Assembly (NCBI GenBank): GCA_965153285.1
Contig: OZ229113.1
Direction: 5' to 3' (one strand)
Length of the DNA stretch: 64,000 nucleotides
Origin: Podarcis tiliguerta
Lineage: Eukaryota
Both the position numbers and the translations under genes were made by a program. Below are positions 1-13,883 of this stretch, one piece after another; positions within the stretch are counted from its first letter, which is position 1; each line of letters starts with the position of its first letter. The notes under the pieces were generated by a model. The model saw only the letters and a program-made list of their open reading frames with translations. It was not told the origin of the DNA and ran no database searches.

Positions 1-1910
1 AATCATATTCCTAGAGTTTAATATAAATTGCATCACACAGACAGAGCTGAAATATCTCCTTCTGGATATATTCCCAATGTTACATGTTTTGGTCCCTAGC
101 TTCACAGAAGTCACATAAACAATGTTCTTCAATGTTTTTACCAAGGGGTGTTCCTTAAAACACACTTCTTCAGTTAACACCACATTTTAAACCCTATGTC
201 CTTGTTTAGTTATAGTACTTGCTTGCGGGGGGGGGGGGGAGTCCACCCACTTCTAGTTGTCATAGCATGTAATAACTCTAATTTCCAGGATAGTTAATTT
301 GCTTTTATTTTAACTGGAATATTAAAAGTAAGCAGATACATTTTTATGTTTGCCAAACAATGGGCTTGTTTTGTGATTTTTCTGGTAACCAATGCATTTA
401 AACACAACTTAGGACTTGCATCTACACCAGCAATCATGTTGTGTTTAACCTATAGCAGTATAGCAGGGCACAAATATTTCATTTTGGGGTTTCAGGGATA
501 GAGGGCATAGTATATAATCCTTTGTAAGAAGAAAAATGAATACATTGTGACAGGGAACTGGGACTTTACTGTAAATACTAATCATGACACCTTTGTGGGG
601 TACAGAGACTGAAATGTGAGGTCTACAAAATCCAGCAAGATATGCTTGATACTACAGTGAGATGTAATGTGATGGAAAGACACACACAAAAATGGAATAG
701 ATATACATCAACATGAACATTAAAAATGGACATAGATTCAAAATCTGAAGGAGAAATAAGAGTTCCCTCTCAATTCTGGAAATCTGGCCTAAGGAGAAAG
801 ATGTCTGGAGTACCTACTAAAATAGAAGACATTATTCTGGATCCAAAACAATACACAGAGTAGCAAAGCTTCAATTTTAAGAGCAGGAGTGAAAAATGTC
901 TACTATAAGCAGCAAAACATCTCTTGAATCCCAATAATCTTGACTGAAAGACACAGCATTAGCAAATAGATAATCACCACTGAAAAATTGAGGCAAGCAT
1001 AAATACTGTTTCTTATTCAGAAGTCATTTTCAATAATTACAGAATGGCAGTTTATGGCTGTCCCGCTGTGGTTCAGGTTGATAGCATCACTTCAAAGGTG
1101 CTAGCAGAAAAAAACCCACATGTTATTTGATTTCTAGATTTTAATAATCTTGGTTAGCAACCTTTTGAATCTTCATGAATAAGGATCCCCCATTATCATT
1201 CAAATGTAGACTGAAATGTGCCATGCTCAATTCATTATGACAGCCAAAGGTGGCTTCAACATTCCATAACAGAAATTATAAAGTTAGCATCAGTGTTTGC
1301 AAGCCGTGGGGTTCCTCAGTTGCCACTGCTTCTAAATTAAGATATGAACATTCCAAAGTAGTGATGCACTAATGAAAGAAGATTATTATCTGACAAGAAG
1401 CTGCCTGAGCACCATTTGCCAGCATATGGAATTCCAAAATATGTTCAAATTATACGTTCTTCAAAAGGTTCACATTAACAAACAAGCCAATTTCAATCAG
1501 ATGGTTCTTTTCATAGTTACTGCCATCTTATTCTTCAGATGCACTTAACTATTAATTTAAATAACAGAGTCATTTTTGTTATTAAGGCGATATTCAAGAT
1601 GGAAACAAAACTAGTAGCTGACATTGTAAATATGAGCTCAATGTTGCATGAACAGGTGAATTCCAACAAGGTGTTACATTCTGTAGAGTACAATTTTCTG
1701 AGTAATATAACCTTCTCAATTTTTAACCTTCCCAGGCATTCCTAGAAAATGGCATGACATGTTACACACTTTATAGTTCAGATTTTGTAAAATTTCAATC
1801 ACGCAATTAAGAAACACTAATTTAATGTAGTTTTGATTTATTAAATCACAAATAGTAATTCAGATTTCAATGGTTTTCATTTTTATTTTATTTTTTAAAA
1901 AGGGTCCAGA

Positions 1911-1998
1911 GGCTGCAGTCCTATGCACACTTACCTGGGAGAGAGTCCCATTGAATTTAGCTGAATTTACTTTTGAGTAGAAATATTTCCGAATGCAC
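1911..1998. repeat. Short (~85 bp) hairpin/MITE-like dispersed repeat, family A
   Basis: ctgcagtcctatgcacacttacctgggagagagtcccattgaa... Similar copies at ~7243-7322, ~7400-7478, ~16695-16778, ~37808-37886, ~41248-41338 and ~45601-45682. Confidence 0.65.
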
Positions 1999-2810
1999 TC
2001 AAAAATTAACATTAAAAAAATTATGTCTAGTATATTTTTGTACAAGATACAAAAGTATATTTTTCCTGATGAGTGTGTCTGTTTCTGGGTCAGAAACTAT
2101 ACAGTGATTACTAGATTACACTCAATCTGATTGTCACAGCAACCCAGCAACCTTGTCTATGCAGTGCAGCATCACACACATCTCCCTCAAGGATGGTTTG
2201 CTCTCCCCACCATGGGTTGTGTTTGAGAGGAAGTGCAACTGTTTAGGTATGTTTCTCAGCCTTCAGGCAGAAAGACTGGCTCATGTCTACTAGCATTTAT
2301 ATTACAGCCAGGAGTTTTCAAACAGCAAAACACAGATTTCACAATTGCATATCCTCACCATAGCTGCTAGCACACAGCTGGATGTACATAGATTTTTAAT
2401 AGCAGCAAGAGTCCTAAAGACTCATGGTAAGATGAAAACAAAGATACTCCACTGTGTGCGAAAAAGGGAGCATTGAAATGTCAGGAGCAAAATTATATAC
2501 AAATACAATTTGTTGCTAAAATACAGCAATTGTATAACATATACAGACTGAGAAACAATTGCTAGGAAAATTGCATGGTCTCCCATAGCTTCAAATTCTG
2601 GCATGGGCCTTGATTGGGTGAACATGTGGCACCTGAATGTCTTGCACAGTCCTCCTCCTCACAGGTTTTGCTTTATTTGAATTTGAATAAATGCTGCAGA
2701 GTAGACTTGTTCCCTATCATGTTCATTCTATTTGCATCTCCTAAGGCAGCCAGCAAGTTCTCAATTTTTATTTTAATAACAGTGAAGATACAGTTGCATG
2801 CCAGGCACAT

Positions 2811-3575
2811 TGTGATGGCCCTCCCTGGGCCAGGTAGAGAGTGAATAATGACTAGGACACAGGAGTGGGTGAAAATAGGCTGGAACCTTTATTGACCACA
2901 GTGAGGTAAGCAGGGTTGGCATGGCATTGGGTCAGGGTCTGTCATCCTGTAAGATTTCTGATCTGAAAACACCATCCCAGAACACCTACTAGGGAATTCC
3001 TTGGAAGTTGACCCAGCACGGTGCACAACTTGCAGCTGGAATCCTGCTGGTAACCTGAGATGTGTGACACCAGCCCCAGCCCCACCCATGCTGAGCCAGA
3101 AGCTGGTGCACCTCCTAAATACCCTTATGTTCAGATCCTACCCAATGCCATTTCTGCTCAAGTTGTAACTAATAGATTTGTAGAAGACACCTAGCAAACA
3201 CCTGCTATCCACTGAGAGAAAAATGGAAACCTTTCAATGGAAGGCCCACTGTGGTTAAAAGTAAAATTCCTTTCTGGCCCTGTAAACCAGCAACCACTCA
3301 CGCCTCAGTGGGAAACTCTAAAACTGAGGCAGTGAGAGTTGGAAAATTCAGCCCCAAAAGGAGAAAGGCTGAGTCTGAGGGCAACCGGCACTTTAAGAAG
3401 GCCCAGTGCCCCTCCCCCTCAATCTCACCCAGCCATTTGATATGCAGAAGCCCTGTGAGATTCTGGAGACACAAGCCCCCTCCCCCCCCCCCAGCTGCAA
3501 ATTAGCTCATGGCTCAAATTCCCTTGCTAAGCTGTGAGAAATAGCCTTTGTCTGTGTTATCTTGGCTGACTCACA
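2811..3575 (-). mobile_element. Solo-LTR-like element
   Basis: GC-richer block with inverted termini TGTGA...TCACA, minus-strand AATAAA at 2888-2893 near one end and a TATA-like cttaaag at ~3391-3397. No TSD found. Confidence 0.45.
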
Positions 3576-3886
3576 GGAAGAAAGTTTGACCTGTCCTAAT
3601 ATGCAGGAAACTTGGCTACAGAAATACCCAATAATTTGAGTTATGTTTGCAAAACACATGAACTAAACCACATAAAAACAACTTAAACACGTGGAAGCAA
3701 CAATTATTTCAGCTAGCTATAAACCAAATAATTTTCTAATTCATGGTACTGGTTAAATGGCATCACGTGTAATTTATTATGAATCTACATTGATTTGCTG
3801 CAAACTTTATGTAAACATTTTAACTTGAAAAAATCTTGAAGTGATCCATTCAAACATTAAAGCTTCTCAAGTTTCCTTGTAATCAC

Positions 3887-3924
3887 GAGTTTTACACATA
3901 AAACCATGAGTTTTACACATAAAA
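3887..3924. repeat. Local tandem duplication, 21-bp period
   Basis: GAGTTTTACACATAAAA at 3887-3903 and 3908-3924. Confidence 0.85.
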
Positions 3925-4324
3925 GGTCCAACAGCACCCTTGAATTATAATCTGTTGGAAATGGGGGGATGGCTTATAAGTCTCTCTATGAACATACATT
4001 GACACTTGATATGTTTACACATCTGGAGCATCCTGGGGCACTGAACTTATAGACACCCAGTGAGACTTTTGCGGTAAAAGTCCCCTTTGCACAAACAGCC
4101 AAGACTTACAACAAAGTGAGAAGGGTGCACTGCTAACACTTGCTACAACTAGAGATGCAAGGAGAAGTCACTCCACCCTGCATGAATAAGCAATGGAGCA
4201 GGAGCACAAACAATGAAGTAGGACTCCCCAACACCCTTTATCTTTCACTTTCCCTGAGATACACAGAGCACTCAAAACACCAATGAATGGAATGTCTTGC
4301 CCCACTGCAGCGCTGGGGAACATG

Positions 4325-5350
4325 TAAGCACTTTGAATTGGTCTGGAAACAGATTGGTAACCAGTGCAGCTATTTTAAAACAGAGGTCACACAAGATCTA
4401 AACAGAACCCATCCAGTAATCTGTCCACTGCATTTTGAACCAATTGAAATTTCTGACTTGTCTTCAAAGGCAGCCTCACATAAATCACATTGCAATAATC
4501 CAATTTGGAAGTTAACAGAGTATGGAGTGCATGGGCCAAGTCATCTCTGTCCAAAACGGCCATAGCTGGTAAACCAGCCAAAGCAGAAAAAGGGGCACCA
4601 GTTACCAAGGCCCCCTGAGCACCAGGAACACCCAAGCTGCAAACCTGCTCCTTCCAGAGGTGTGCAACCCCATCCATATCAGGCTGCCTCCCCACCACTC
4701 ACACATGAAACCCCTTTTCAAGATTCAGCTTCATTTTATTGTCTCACATCCAATCCATCACCACCTCCAGTTATCAGTCAAATATCTCAGCTATCTCTCC
4801 TGATTCAGATGGAATAAAAAGGTAAAGGGACTCCCAACCATTAGGTCCAGTCGCAGACGACTCTGGGGTTGTGGCGCTCATCTCACTTTACTGGCCGAAG
4901 GATCCGGCGTACAGCTTCCAGGTCATGTGGCCAGGATGACCACATGCTGGCTAAAGCAGAGCAGCGCACAGAAATGCTGTTTACCTTCCCACTGGGGCAG
5001 TACCTATTTATCTACTTGCACTTTGACATGCTTTCGAACTGCTAGGTTGGCAAGAGCAGGGACCCAGCAACAGGAGATCACCCAGTCACGGGGATTCAAA
5101 CCACCGACCTTCTGATCGGCAAGCCCTAGGCTCTGTGGTTTAGACCACAGCGCCACCCGCGTCCCATTTCAGATGGAAAAGAGAGCTGCATATTGATGGT
5201 ACTGCACCTCAAATCTCCTGATGATGACTCCCAGAGGTGTCAAAAAAGGGATATTTGACACTGGGTGATAGTTGCTTTAATATTTTTGAGTCCGGGTAAG
5301 TAAGGAGTACACCACCACATTCTTCAAGGCATGTGGCACCTGGCCTGCTC
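4325..5350 (-). mobile_element. Degenerate L2 LINE (RT and C-terminal region), interrupted by a Sauria SINE
   Basis: ORF 4387..4698 has LDRDDLAHALHTLLTSKLDYCNVIYVRLPLKTSQKFQLVQNA (L2 ORF2 signature SRLDYCN...LQLVQNAAARL). The minus strand of 5180-5240 gives a degenerate PLGVIIRRFEVQYHQYA, the context preceding the RT YADD motif. Confidence 0.85.
4816..5165 (-). mobile_element. Sauria SINE (Squam1), full length
   Basis: Reverse complement begins GGGACGCGGGTGGCGCTGTGGTCTAAACCAC, has a tRNA-like B box and ends in an ACCTTT tail. TSD TTCAGATGGAA at 4804-4814 and 5168-5178. Confidence 0.93.
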
Positions 5351-8300
5351 CAGTGAAGTATTAGTCACTTGCTGGACTCACCCAGTCAACTCCCTACAGC
5401 TAGCTGTAACAAGCCAGTATGGATAAGGGTCAACCCTGCTTTGCAGAGGTCATCCAATATGCTGGCAAAAAATATATATTACCAAAACCAGTCCTCATCA
5501 AACACTGCTATGCAGTTACCACTGTTCAGGTCCAGGCAAGCATCTTGGTCACTGGACTTGTTATAGTTGTTACAATTTTAGGTCCAAGGAGCATGTTATA
5601 GAACCATGGCATTCAGTTCTGGTGAAAACCCACACCCCCTCCCATTTCCACATTCCACAAAGAGGCATTCACTACCTCCTGGACTAAGCCAATCTCTTTC
5701 TGCTAGATGTTACAGGCCAAGAAGAGCAAGGGATATGTGGTTATGCTTAAGGCCTACGTATCTAAATACCTGTCCATATCCTTTGGTTTCAACAATTCAA
5801 AACCATACAGCAAAGGAAGACTAGATCCTAGGTAGCCTCATATTGCTTTAATGAACCAGGTAAGCTCCTGAACCAATGGATGGAACGCCTCAGTTGGGTG
5901 GTAATAGAGAAGTAGATGCCACCACCATAGGCTTGATAACAAATTTTTATTTGTGTTTGTTCAGATTCACATGTGGTTTTCCACCACTTGCACCCACGTG
6001 GTCTCCTTGCCTGCTTCATAGTTCCTGCAACCCCCGGTAAAGGAAACTTTTCTTTTGTTTATATGGCTATTGGCTGTGCTAATTGAGCACAACTTTAGCC
6101 CTGGTAATAGCCCTAGTGCAGTGGCTATGAGGAACAGTGAGATCATAGGACTGTCCTGTCCGTCAGACAAGAAAGTTTCTGTGCTTAAAAAAAAATTATT
6201 AACTAGCAAAAATCAAATGGGAGTAACAACAAAAAATATACAGAATGTGTGACCCTTTAGTGATAAAGATTGTATTTCTTCAAGGGAAACAGCACAGCAG
6301 AGAAACGTTTCATTTAGCAAAAATCATTTAAAGTATCAGATTACTCATATTGAATTAACAGCAGAACCTCAGCCAAACATGACAGTCACAGAATAATTTT
6401 AAAACTTCTAAACATGAAATGTTGTATGACTATATGGACAAATTATAGGTTAGAATCAAAGGGATAATTATGGATAAACATTGAAAAATATATTTGTCTA
6501 TTTAGAACTACACCAATGTTCACTTACATACATGGAAACCTTATACAGAGAATTAATATTCAGGGATCTTATATTTTTTTCCAGGCTTCATTATCTGTTG
6601 AAACAGCATTATATAGATTACTAAATTAGTCCAAAGCACTTTTTAAAAGGAGTATTTTCCAGAAGGCAGAATAGTAGGTTCCCCAGCAGCAAACCCATCT
6701 TTGATTAAAGTTTACTAGTACTTAGCTTTGTGTGACATCATTTACATTATTGGAAACTCCCAAAAGAGAACATCATTCCATCCCCACTCCTTCCAAAAAG
6801 GGAAATAACAAGATTGGGAAATGAAACAAATATCACAAAAAGAGGGTGATAAAAATGTATATTTAAAACTTGGAAATGAAAGAAACATATTTTCAAAAAA
6901 AACAACAACTCAGATAATTTTAAGCCAGTAGCTTTGAGAAAAATAATATGCTTATTTCAATGCTCTGTTAAATAAAAACTATATAGAAGTTATGATTACC
7001 AAAACAATACAAAGGGTATGGTCAAATGATGATCCCTCTAAGGAACATAGGGGGGAAATCTAAAAATCATGTATAAATCCTGAAATTTCAGTTTGTAAAT
7101 TTTGTAAAACATATTAGGATTGCAATGAATATTTTAAACTTGAAAGACAATTTAAGAACGTGCATCAGCAAAACACTAAGGAACAGTAATATAATGATAA
7201 TACTCTGGATTGTTCCAGAAAAAATATTTGGCTACTAATTTACAGTCCAAATATAACTATATTTACTTGCAAGTCCCACTGATTTTAAAAAAACAAATTC
7301 CAATTAATTATGTTTAGGATTGCTTTGAGACCATAGTACTTTCTGTGTCTAACCACTAATAGCATGCTGCAATGAAATCAAAGACTAGTCACAGTTATGG
7401 TGCTATGTTATGTACGTCTACTCAGAAGGAAGTCCCACTATGTTCAATGGGATTTACCTTCTGAAAAGGATCACAGCCATATTCTGAATAATAAATCCCA
7501 AGACTGAATTTCCACATTCCGTATAAATGACTGTTGGGTGGAATAAACAGTAAAAATTATTTACTTCACTCATTAAAAGTGTTTAAAAGCAGGATGCTAT
7601 AAAAGAAGAGCGAATCACTAGGTGAGTCACAGTTTTTTATATAATTCATGTACTATATTACCTATATTATCTTAACTTGATAAATTAAGCACCATTTCAC
7701 TATCCCTTAGAATGCACTGAAAACAATGCAAAATAACTTTGTGTTCTTGTGGGAATCCCCACATTCCAAAGTTTGGGAATGACATGTTCAAGTAAATTCT
7801 GCTTATAATCAAATTGTCTGGTACTGGTAAAAGAACTTTAAAACCATTACTAATTTTAAATGATTATCAGGCTGGCGCATGGGAAAGGGGGGCTTTGGTA
7901 TTTCGAGACATGTCCTCTGTATCTGCTTTAGCCTGGTGTCTCTCTTCTCCCCGCACCCCCATTCCCCCCCCCAAAAAAGCTGCCTTATCTAATGTCCAGA
8001 GCATGAGGATTTGCAATGCAAACTGCTAAGAACATCATCTCCCTCTTGGTGGTATTTTAAAAGTTGCTACTGGTCATAGAAACATACTCATGTTTTACAA
8101 ATGGGGAAGCAGACCCATTCTGTGAACTTGTGATAATATCTCTCAACTATTCAAATGCAGCCCATTTACCAAGATGGCTGCAAAATGACTATGGAAATGG
8201 CACCCCTGTTAGTATAAAGTTATGCTTATCTGAAAGTGTAGGAATGTTTACCAGATCATTTGGAACAAGCATTTGTCCTATGTGTTTCAGAAGTGTAACG

Positions 8301-9271
8301 CATATTCAACTTTTCATTATGCAAACCGTATCTTGCAAAATAAGCATACTTTTTACATAAGGAACATATTTAATAAATCATGCTATAATATTACACATTA
8401 CATTAATGCAAAGGTAGAAGGTGTAAGCATAAATATGCAAGGGCATATTTACAGAAATAAAAGTGTATCAGTCTTAAGAAGGCAAGTTGCTAACCTTTCA
8501 TGAAAATTAAGACTAAAAGCTACTGATGTATATTATACAGTTAAAAATTCCATGTTTACAGAGGGTTTTGTTAATTTCCCATCAGTTTTCTTTACTAATG
8601 TTCTAACTTGTACATATAGGAGCTCACTGAAAGTAAAGAACCTCTTTTGGGTAAAAGTTCAGATCAGAACATAAAAATGAGAACAAATATTTTACAAAGC
8701 TATAAAATAGGAACGCCAATTGAAGTTGCATTTTCAGATTAGAATAACATCTTAGATCTATCAAATTTTGAACTATCATGATCAGCAAACAGACTTTTGT
8801 TAGTCATGTAAGATTTATGTTTTACAATTATTGAGACTGTGATCCCACCCCCAACCTGCAAAATGAATTCTAGAGTTTTAGCTTTATGCCTATATCTGTA
8901 TTAATAAATATACATTTATAAAAACATTTTAAAGGCTACTTTAGAGTTCTTCCACATCTTGCTTTTTGTTTTAAACAGGAACAATGTAACTGTTCTGGAA
9001 TGTACCCAAGAAGGAAAACAGTGTTCCTTAGTGTCATTTGGAAAGGAAAGGGTTTTGAGTATACATATTTTAAGTGACATATTAATCAAAAGATCAATAT
9101 TTTAGTTTAGAAAAAGCAACAAGCCTTTATATCTTCAATTGTTAATTAAATTGTATAGAAGTCCAGTTTATCATAACAAATATTTTACAATGAAACAAAA
9201 ATACAGAGTTAGGGTTTAACTTAAAATAAGAAAAAAGAATCAGTTAGAAAGCAGGTCAGCAAAATACTATA

Positions 9272-9432
9272 GTATTCAACTAAGGTGTACTGAAAGCAGA
9301 CCAACTGAAATTAATGGACCAACATTATGTGTCTACTCTGAGTAGGACTAGCATTGGATATAACCCAATATACTTAAATCTATGGATTTCAATGGATCTA
9401 GTCTTGAGTATGACTAACGTTGCATATTACCC
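9272..9432. repeat. Hairpin/MITE-like dispersed repeat, family B (degenerate, partly duplicated)
   Basis: tattcaactaag...gtctactctgagtaggactagcattggata. Related to 56194-56311 and ~19650-19740. Confidence 0.55.
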
Positions 9433-10659
9433 TTTGGAACTATTTACCTGAGCAAAATTATGCAGGGATGTGACCTGTACGTATGTTAAATATAGCTGCA
9501 TATAGATGGGCTTAAGGCACTGTTTGTCAAATTCTAATCATATTTTGTGTTCTAAGCCACTCCTATGATATACTGACAATATGTTTAGCAGGCAACCAAA
9601 CAGCAATCTATGACAGTTTATGGTTTGGTATGAAGAATTATTTTCATTTCCCTTTCCTTTATTTCCTTTCCTTTATATATTTTTACTTTCCTTTATTGCC
9701 ATCATTCCTATTCTATTACATGATTCCAGTCTTCCTTAACAAACCAGAGCACAGCAGTAGAGGCAGGCAGGCAGGGCATTCAGTAACATTCACAGAGATG
9801 GCATTCATTAAGTGTACCCACCTTTCCCTCTCTTTGTCAGCAGAATAGACAAAGGGAGGTACAAGCCTGTCTGGGGCTGAAACCAATATGTGAAGAATAC
9901 TAATTGTTATTTACTTGCCTGGAAAGTAAAAGAAACCTAACCAAGGCAGGAAATTACATTTTCACATCTGTGAGAGTTACACTGACATCCACCTAGCTGC
10001 ACTGCCCAAAGGACCCTGAAAAGCTTCTTACTTTGGCTGCTCTTTACTGAGTTCCAACTCAGGTTCTTTTGCCACACACTCCTCACCCCTACCCCCTTCG
10101 TTGCTCTGTGTCTATAGAACCTGATGTCTAATTATGGGTAGAGGAAGGAAGACCGTGAGGCTCGTGGCATGGAAACTATCCACTGTTTCTTTCCCAGCAA
10201 CAACGAATCAGGACTTTCTTCATCTACTCTGTAGGTGTGTCTCTTGCTTATATACACGTGAACTGGTGGGGTGGGAGTCTAGAGATGGAGAATGTGGGAT
10301 TTAACAATGTGGTTAAATCACAGTCTATTCAATTTTTTTAATTATTGAATCAGGACCTCATACTGTAACAAACTGTTTCCTGTTTAATGTTGCATAGTAA
10401 CCTATAAACATTATATAGGGTGGAAAACAGATCTAAAGTTTTGTGAAATAGAGCAGATATATGCAACTGAGGAATACAAGATTGTCTAATTTTTGCAAGC
10501 TTGGGATTTAATGTGAACTGAACTCTAGAGAATAAATGTGCAAAGATCATGTCAAAAACCATTGTCAAAGCATACAAGACTAAATCCACATATGCTGCTG
10601 AGATGAGGCACAATAAAGCAGCATTGAGATAATCTATAGCTAAAATGATGGTGTATGAT

Positions 10660-10855
10660 NNNNNNNNNNNNNNNNNNNNNNNNNNNNNNNNNNNNNNNNN
10701 NNNNNNNNNNNNNNNNNNNNNNNNNNNNNNNNNNNNNNNNNNNNNNNNNNNNNNNNNNNNNNNNNNNNNNNNNNNNNNNNNNNNNNNNNNNNNNNNNNNN
10801 NNNNNNNNNNNNNNNNNNNNNNNNNNNNNNNNNNNNNNNNNNNNNNNNNNNNNNN
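10660..10855. other. Assembly gap (196 N)
   Basis: Run of N. Confidence 1.
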
Positions 10856-11359
10856 ATTGAGGTACAATATTCACAGTGTAATCTTCCCTTTTTAATAAGA
10901 TTAGTAAAATCAACAAAGTTTTAGAAGATTAATGTTTTTAAAATGTCACAGTTTACATCACTGAACCATGCCATCTAAATATCAGTATTATCAGGATGCA
11001 ATAAAGTAGGTTATGTGCCATTTAAGCCTAAATAATGAATACTGTACATTGCTGCTGCTGCTAAGCTTGTTTGGGCGCTTCTTTTAATTTTTATGTGATC
11101 CTTTAATAATTTGTTTGAAACTAGTTACAGTTGAGCACTGGAAGATCAAAACATAAAATAATCTTATGCATTTAAAGGACTTTAAAGGACACTGCCCTAC
11201 AGTTTAAAAAATACTAGCATTATTTTAGCTACATATTTCATACTTTATTATTTTCTACAATCAAGCATGCTACTATCCCCCTCCCCCATACTTCATGTGT
11301 TGTGCCATTATAAAATTAATTTTAAAAAAAATTGTTCTTTCAGACTGATCAAAAATTAA

Positions 11360-11601
11360 GGGCTTATCCAGACTTCCTCTTCTTCCCCTGGGGAATACTG
11401 CTCTTTAGCACTCAGTTGGGGCAAACGGCAGTTGGGTTTTCTGTGGATTGCCATTTGTTCTAAAGAGCTAAAGAGCGTTTTTTCTCTGGGAAAGGAGGGG
11501 AGTAAGGGGAAAACTCATAGACCAGTGCCTATGCACTGATCAGAAGATCTCTCAGACCTGTGCTTTCTACGCACAGGACAAGTGCAAGTATGGACGAGTC
11601 G
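11360..11601. mobile_element. PIF/Harbinger-like MITE
   Basis: Imperfect TIRs GGGCTTATCCAGACTT / AAGTATGGACGAGTCG (11/16), TAA on both flanks, internal inverted repeat gctctttagc...gctaaagagc. Confidence 0.55.
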
Positions 11602-13497
11602 TAAGACAACAAAAACACCCCACAGTCTGGTCTTGAGTGCATCATAAAACCAAAGTATACTATAAATGCTTCATGCTTTAGCAGTGCAATTCTAAATGGC
11701 TCCAAAAATTTCAATGAGCATTAGTAACTACAAACATAAATGTCAATTATTCAAGATCAAGATGTGTGTCGGATATATAGCACTGAAGTGTGGAAATGCA
11801 GTTACAGAAGTCATGGCACTACCTTCATGATGGCATATTAGGCACATATGACAGAACTAATGTTTTTAACTGGCCTATATTATCACCTGAAGCAGCTAAT
11901 AGTTCTGGCACTGGATGTTCTTCTGACCCCTTCAGTACATATATCCTAAGATGCTTCTATTCTGCTAGTTCCCATCTGTCACCTACCATCTACCAGGTAT
12001 AGCAATCCTTCCACACCAGTGGCAGAGTGACTAAATTTGCTATGTTAGTCTAATTACATTCCAGCTCTGGTGAAGATACTTGATTTTTCAAGGGCAAGTG
12101 TCCTACACTTCTGGTTCAGTGATAAAATTGGTGCACAGAGAACAGACACAAAACATTTAGGAAGGCGTTTCCTAATTAATGCAACCAAATCCTTAGCTTT
12201 AGAAAATGAACAAATAGGTTTAAACAGTTGGTACTATCATATGTACAGAGCAACTTAACTGTTAGCTGTTGCTTTTATCCAAAGACATCAGCCTAGGGGA
12301 ATGAGATGCTGCTGTTGATGTCTCCTAAACCATTATGTTAAATGAATAATAGACTGCAGTATATAAAAGGCATCTATTTCACTTCCTTATCCTCTGAGAA
12401 CTAATCCTCTCAGTCACAATAGGTAAGCAATGCTCATATATTGAGAACAATGTGAGAATTTGAAATAAATACTGATAGCTTATCTAACTTGTTCTCCAAA
12501 ATGGGAGAAACTTTGAATGTGTAGCAGACCAGTCAGTGAATGTTCCTCCCTTCTCCAACCCATTTGTGTGTCTACCACAATGAAGATGAAATAACTTCTA
12601 GACACCCACAGTCAGTGACCAGAAAAATGAAAGCAGAGGCATGGAAATTCAATGTGATGGCAGAAATCAATACAGCAATTATTATGGCCATGGCAAGGAT
12701 CATTCATCACAAGGACACCACATTCTGTAGGGTCCCCGTGGTGACTGGAATGTGCGCTTGTGTACTTGTACACAGAACAATTTTGTTATTATTTAGCAAA
12801 TGACATAGCAACAACAAGGGAAGCTTGTCCCTTAAACTCCAAATACCTTTGAACAATTCATATAAGCAAGATGGACAAATGCTGATTACTGAATGTTTCC
12901 ATTCCAACACAATGTAAAAATGCATCCAATCAAAAGTGAATTTTATATAAAATTATTTAGCTGCAATAAATTTATTGCAGATATATAATGGTAAAAGTAC
13001 TAGGAACCTAACCTAAACAGTATATTGTAAGAATGAATTGAAAACTATATCCTGACATGAAACTGCATCTCCATCTCAGACAATCCTTCAACATTTTTCT
13101 TACTGATATTCAACAAATATTTCTTATAGTCTGGCACTAATTTGCATTATTCTTCATTCATAATTTAATGAGAACTATTATATTAACTATATTCACAGAA
13201 TTATGCAGGGGACTAAGCAGACTGCATGCATTCTGTCTGAAAAATAAAACCATCACATATTCTGCAACAATATGAACCAAATTTGGGGTCCAGAAGGAAT
13301 TATGCCACATTATTTAAATTATACAAATTGGTTACTATTTCCTTCTTTTGCATAAAGTATTCTGCTTCATGTAGGGCAGGGATGAAGAACTGCAGATGAG
13401 GAGACTGAATGTGTTCCTCCTAGAGCTTTGGTTTAGCCGCCAGGCCACACCCATCATGAGACCTGCTCTGCATCTTTCTCAAGTACTTTTGCCTGAA

Positions 13498-13500
<3 letters not shown>

Positions 13501-13539
<39 letters not shown>
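13501..13539. repeat. (TG)15(CG)n compound microsatellite
   Basis: Direct reading; alternating purine-pyrimidine tract. Confidence 0.98.
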
Positions 13540-13540
<1 letters not shown>

Positions 13541-13785
13541 AACCTCTCACTTCTGTGTACAGTACTTGAAATGTAGCTTGCTATACTGCTGCTCCATCCC
13601 CTTTTGTCTCTTGCCTCCCTGCTACAGGCATGAGGCCTCCAGAAGGTTGCCCATGAGAGAAGATAACCCTCAGGCCGATCCCAGCAAAGAAGTACTAGGG
13701 TCTAGAACCCTGTCCCTGATCACAGGGAATCCTTCTCACCTTCTTCTCTCTCGGCTTCAGAGATTTCAATAGGCTTTACTAACTT

Positions 13786-13883
13786 GGAATCATTGAGTTG
13801 GAAGAGACCCAGAGGGTCATTTAGTCCAACCCCCTGTAAAGCAGGAATCTTTTGCCCAAAGTGGGACTCAAACCCACAACCAA
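13786..13883 (-). mobile_element. tRNA(Lys)-derived SINE fragment with CR1-type 3' tail
   Basis: gaatcattgagttggaagagacccagagggtcatttagtccaacccc is a CR1-like tail (reverse). It is followed by tgcccaaagtgggactcaaacccacaacc, the reverse complement of a tRNA-Lys T-arm/acceptor end. A second tail copy lies at ~15105-15160. Confidence 0.7.

Noticed and set aside
227-239. Recurrent poly-G/poly-C runs (also ~15065, ~23687, ~32103, ~51829) as a G-quadruplex system
   Set aside because: Isolated homopolymers with no consistent spacing or context; lengths are unreliable in assemblies.
2422-2844. Hydrophobic small ORFs as micropeptides or exons
   Set aside because: No recognisable homology, no convincing splice sites, and composition expected from AT-rich DNA.
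10350-10924. ORFs spanning the gap
   Set aside because: Artefacts of the N run.
12612-12712. Possible intronic C/D snoRNA on the minus strand (GTGATGA...CTGA, ~100 nt)
   Set aside because: No terminal stem and no recognisable rRNA/snRNA guide.
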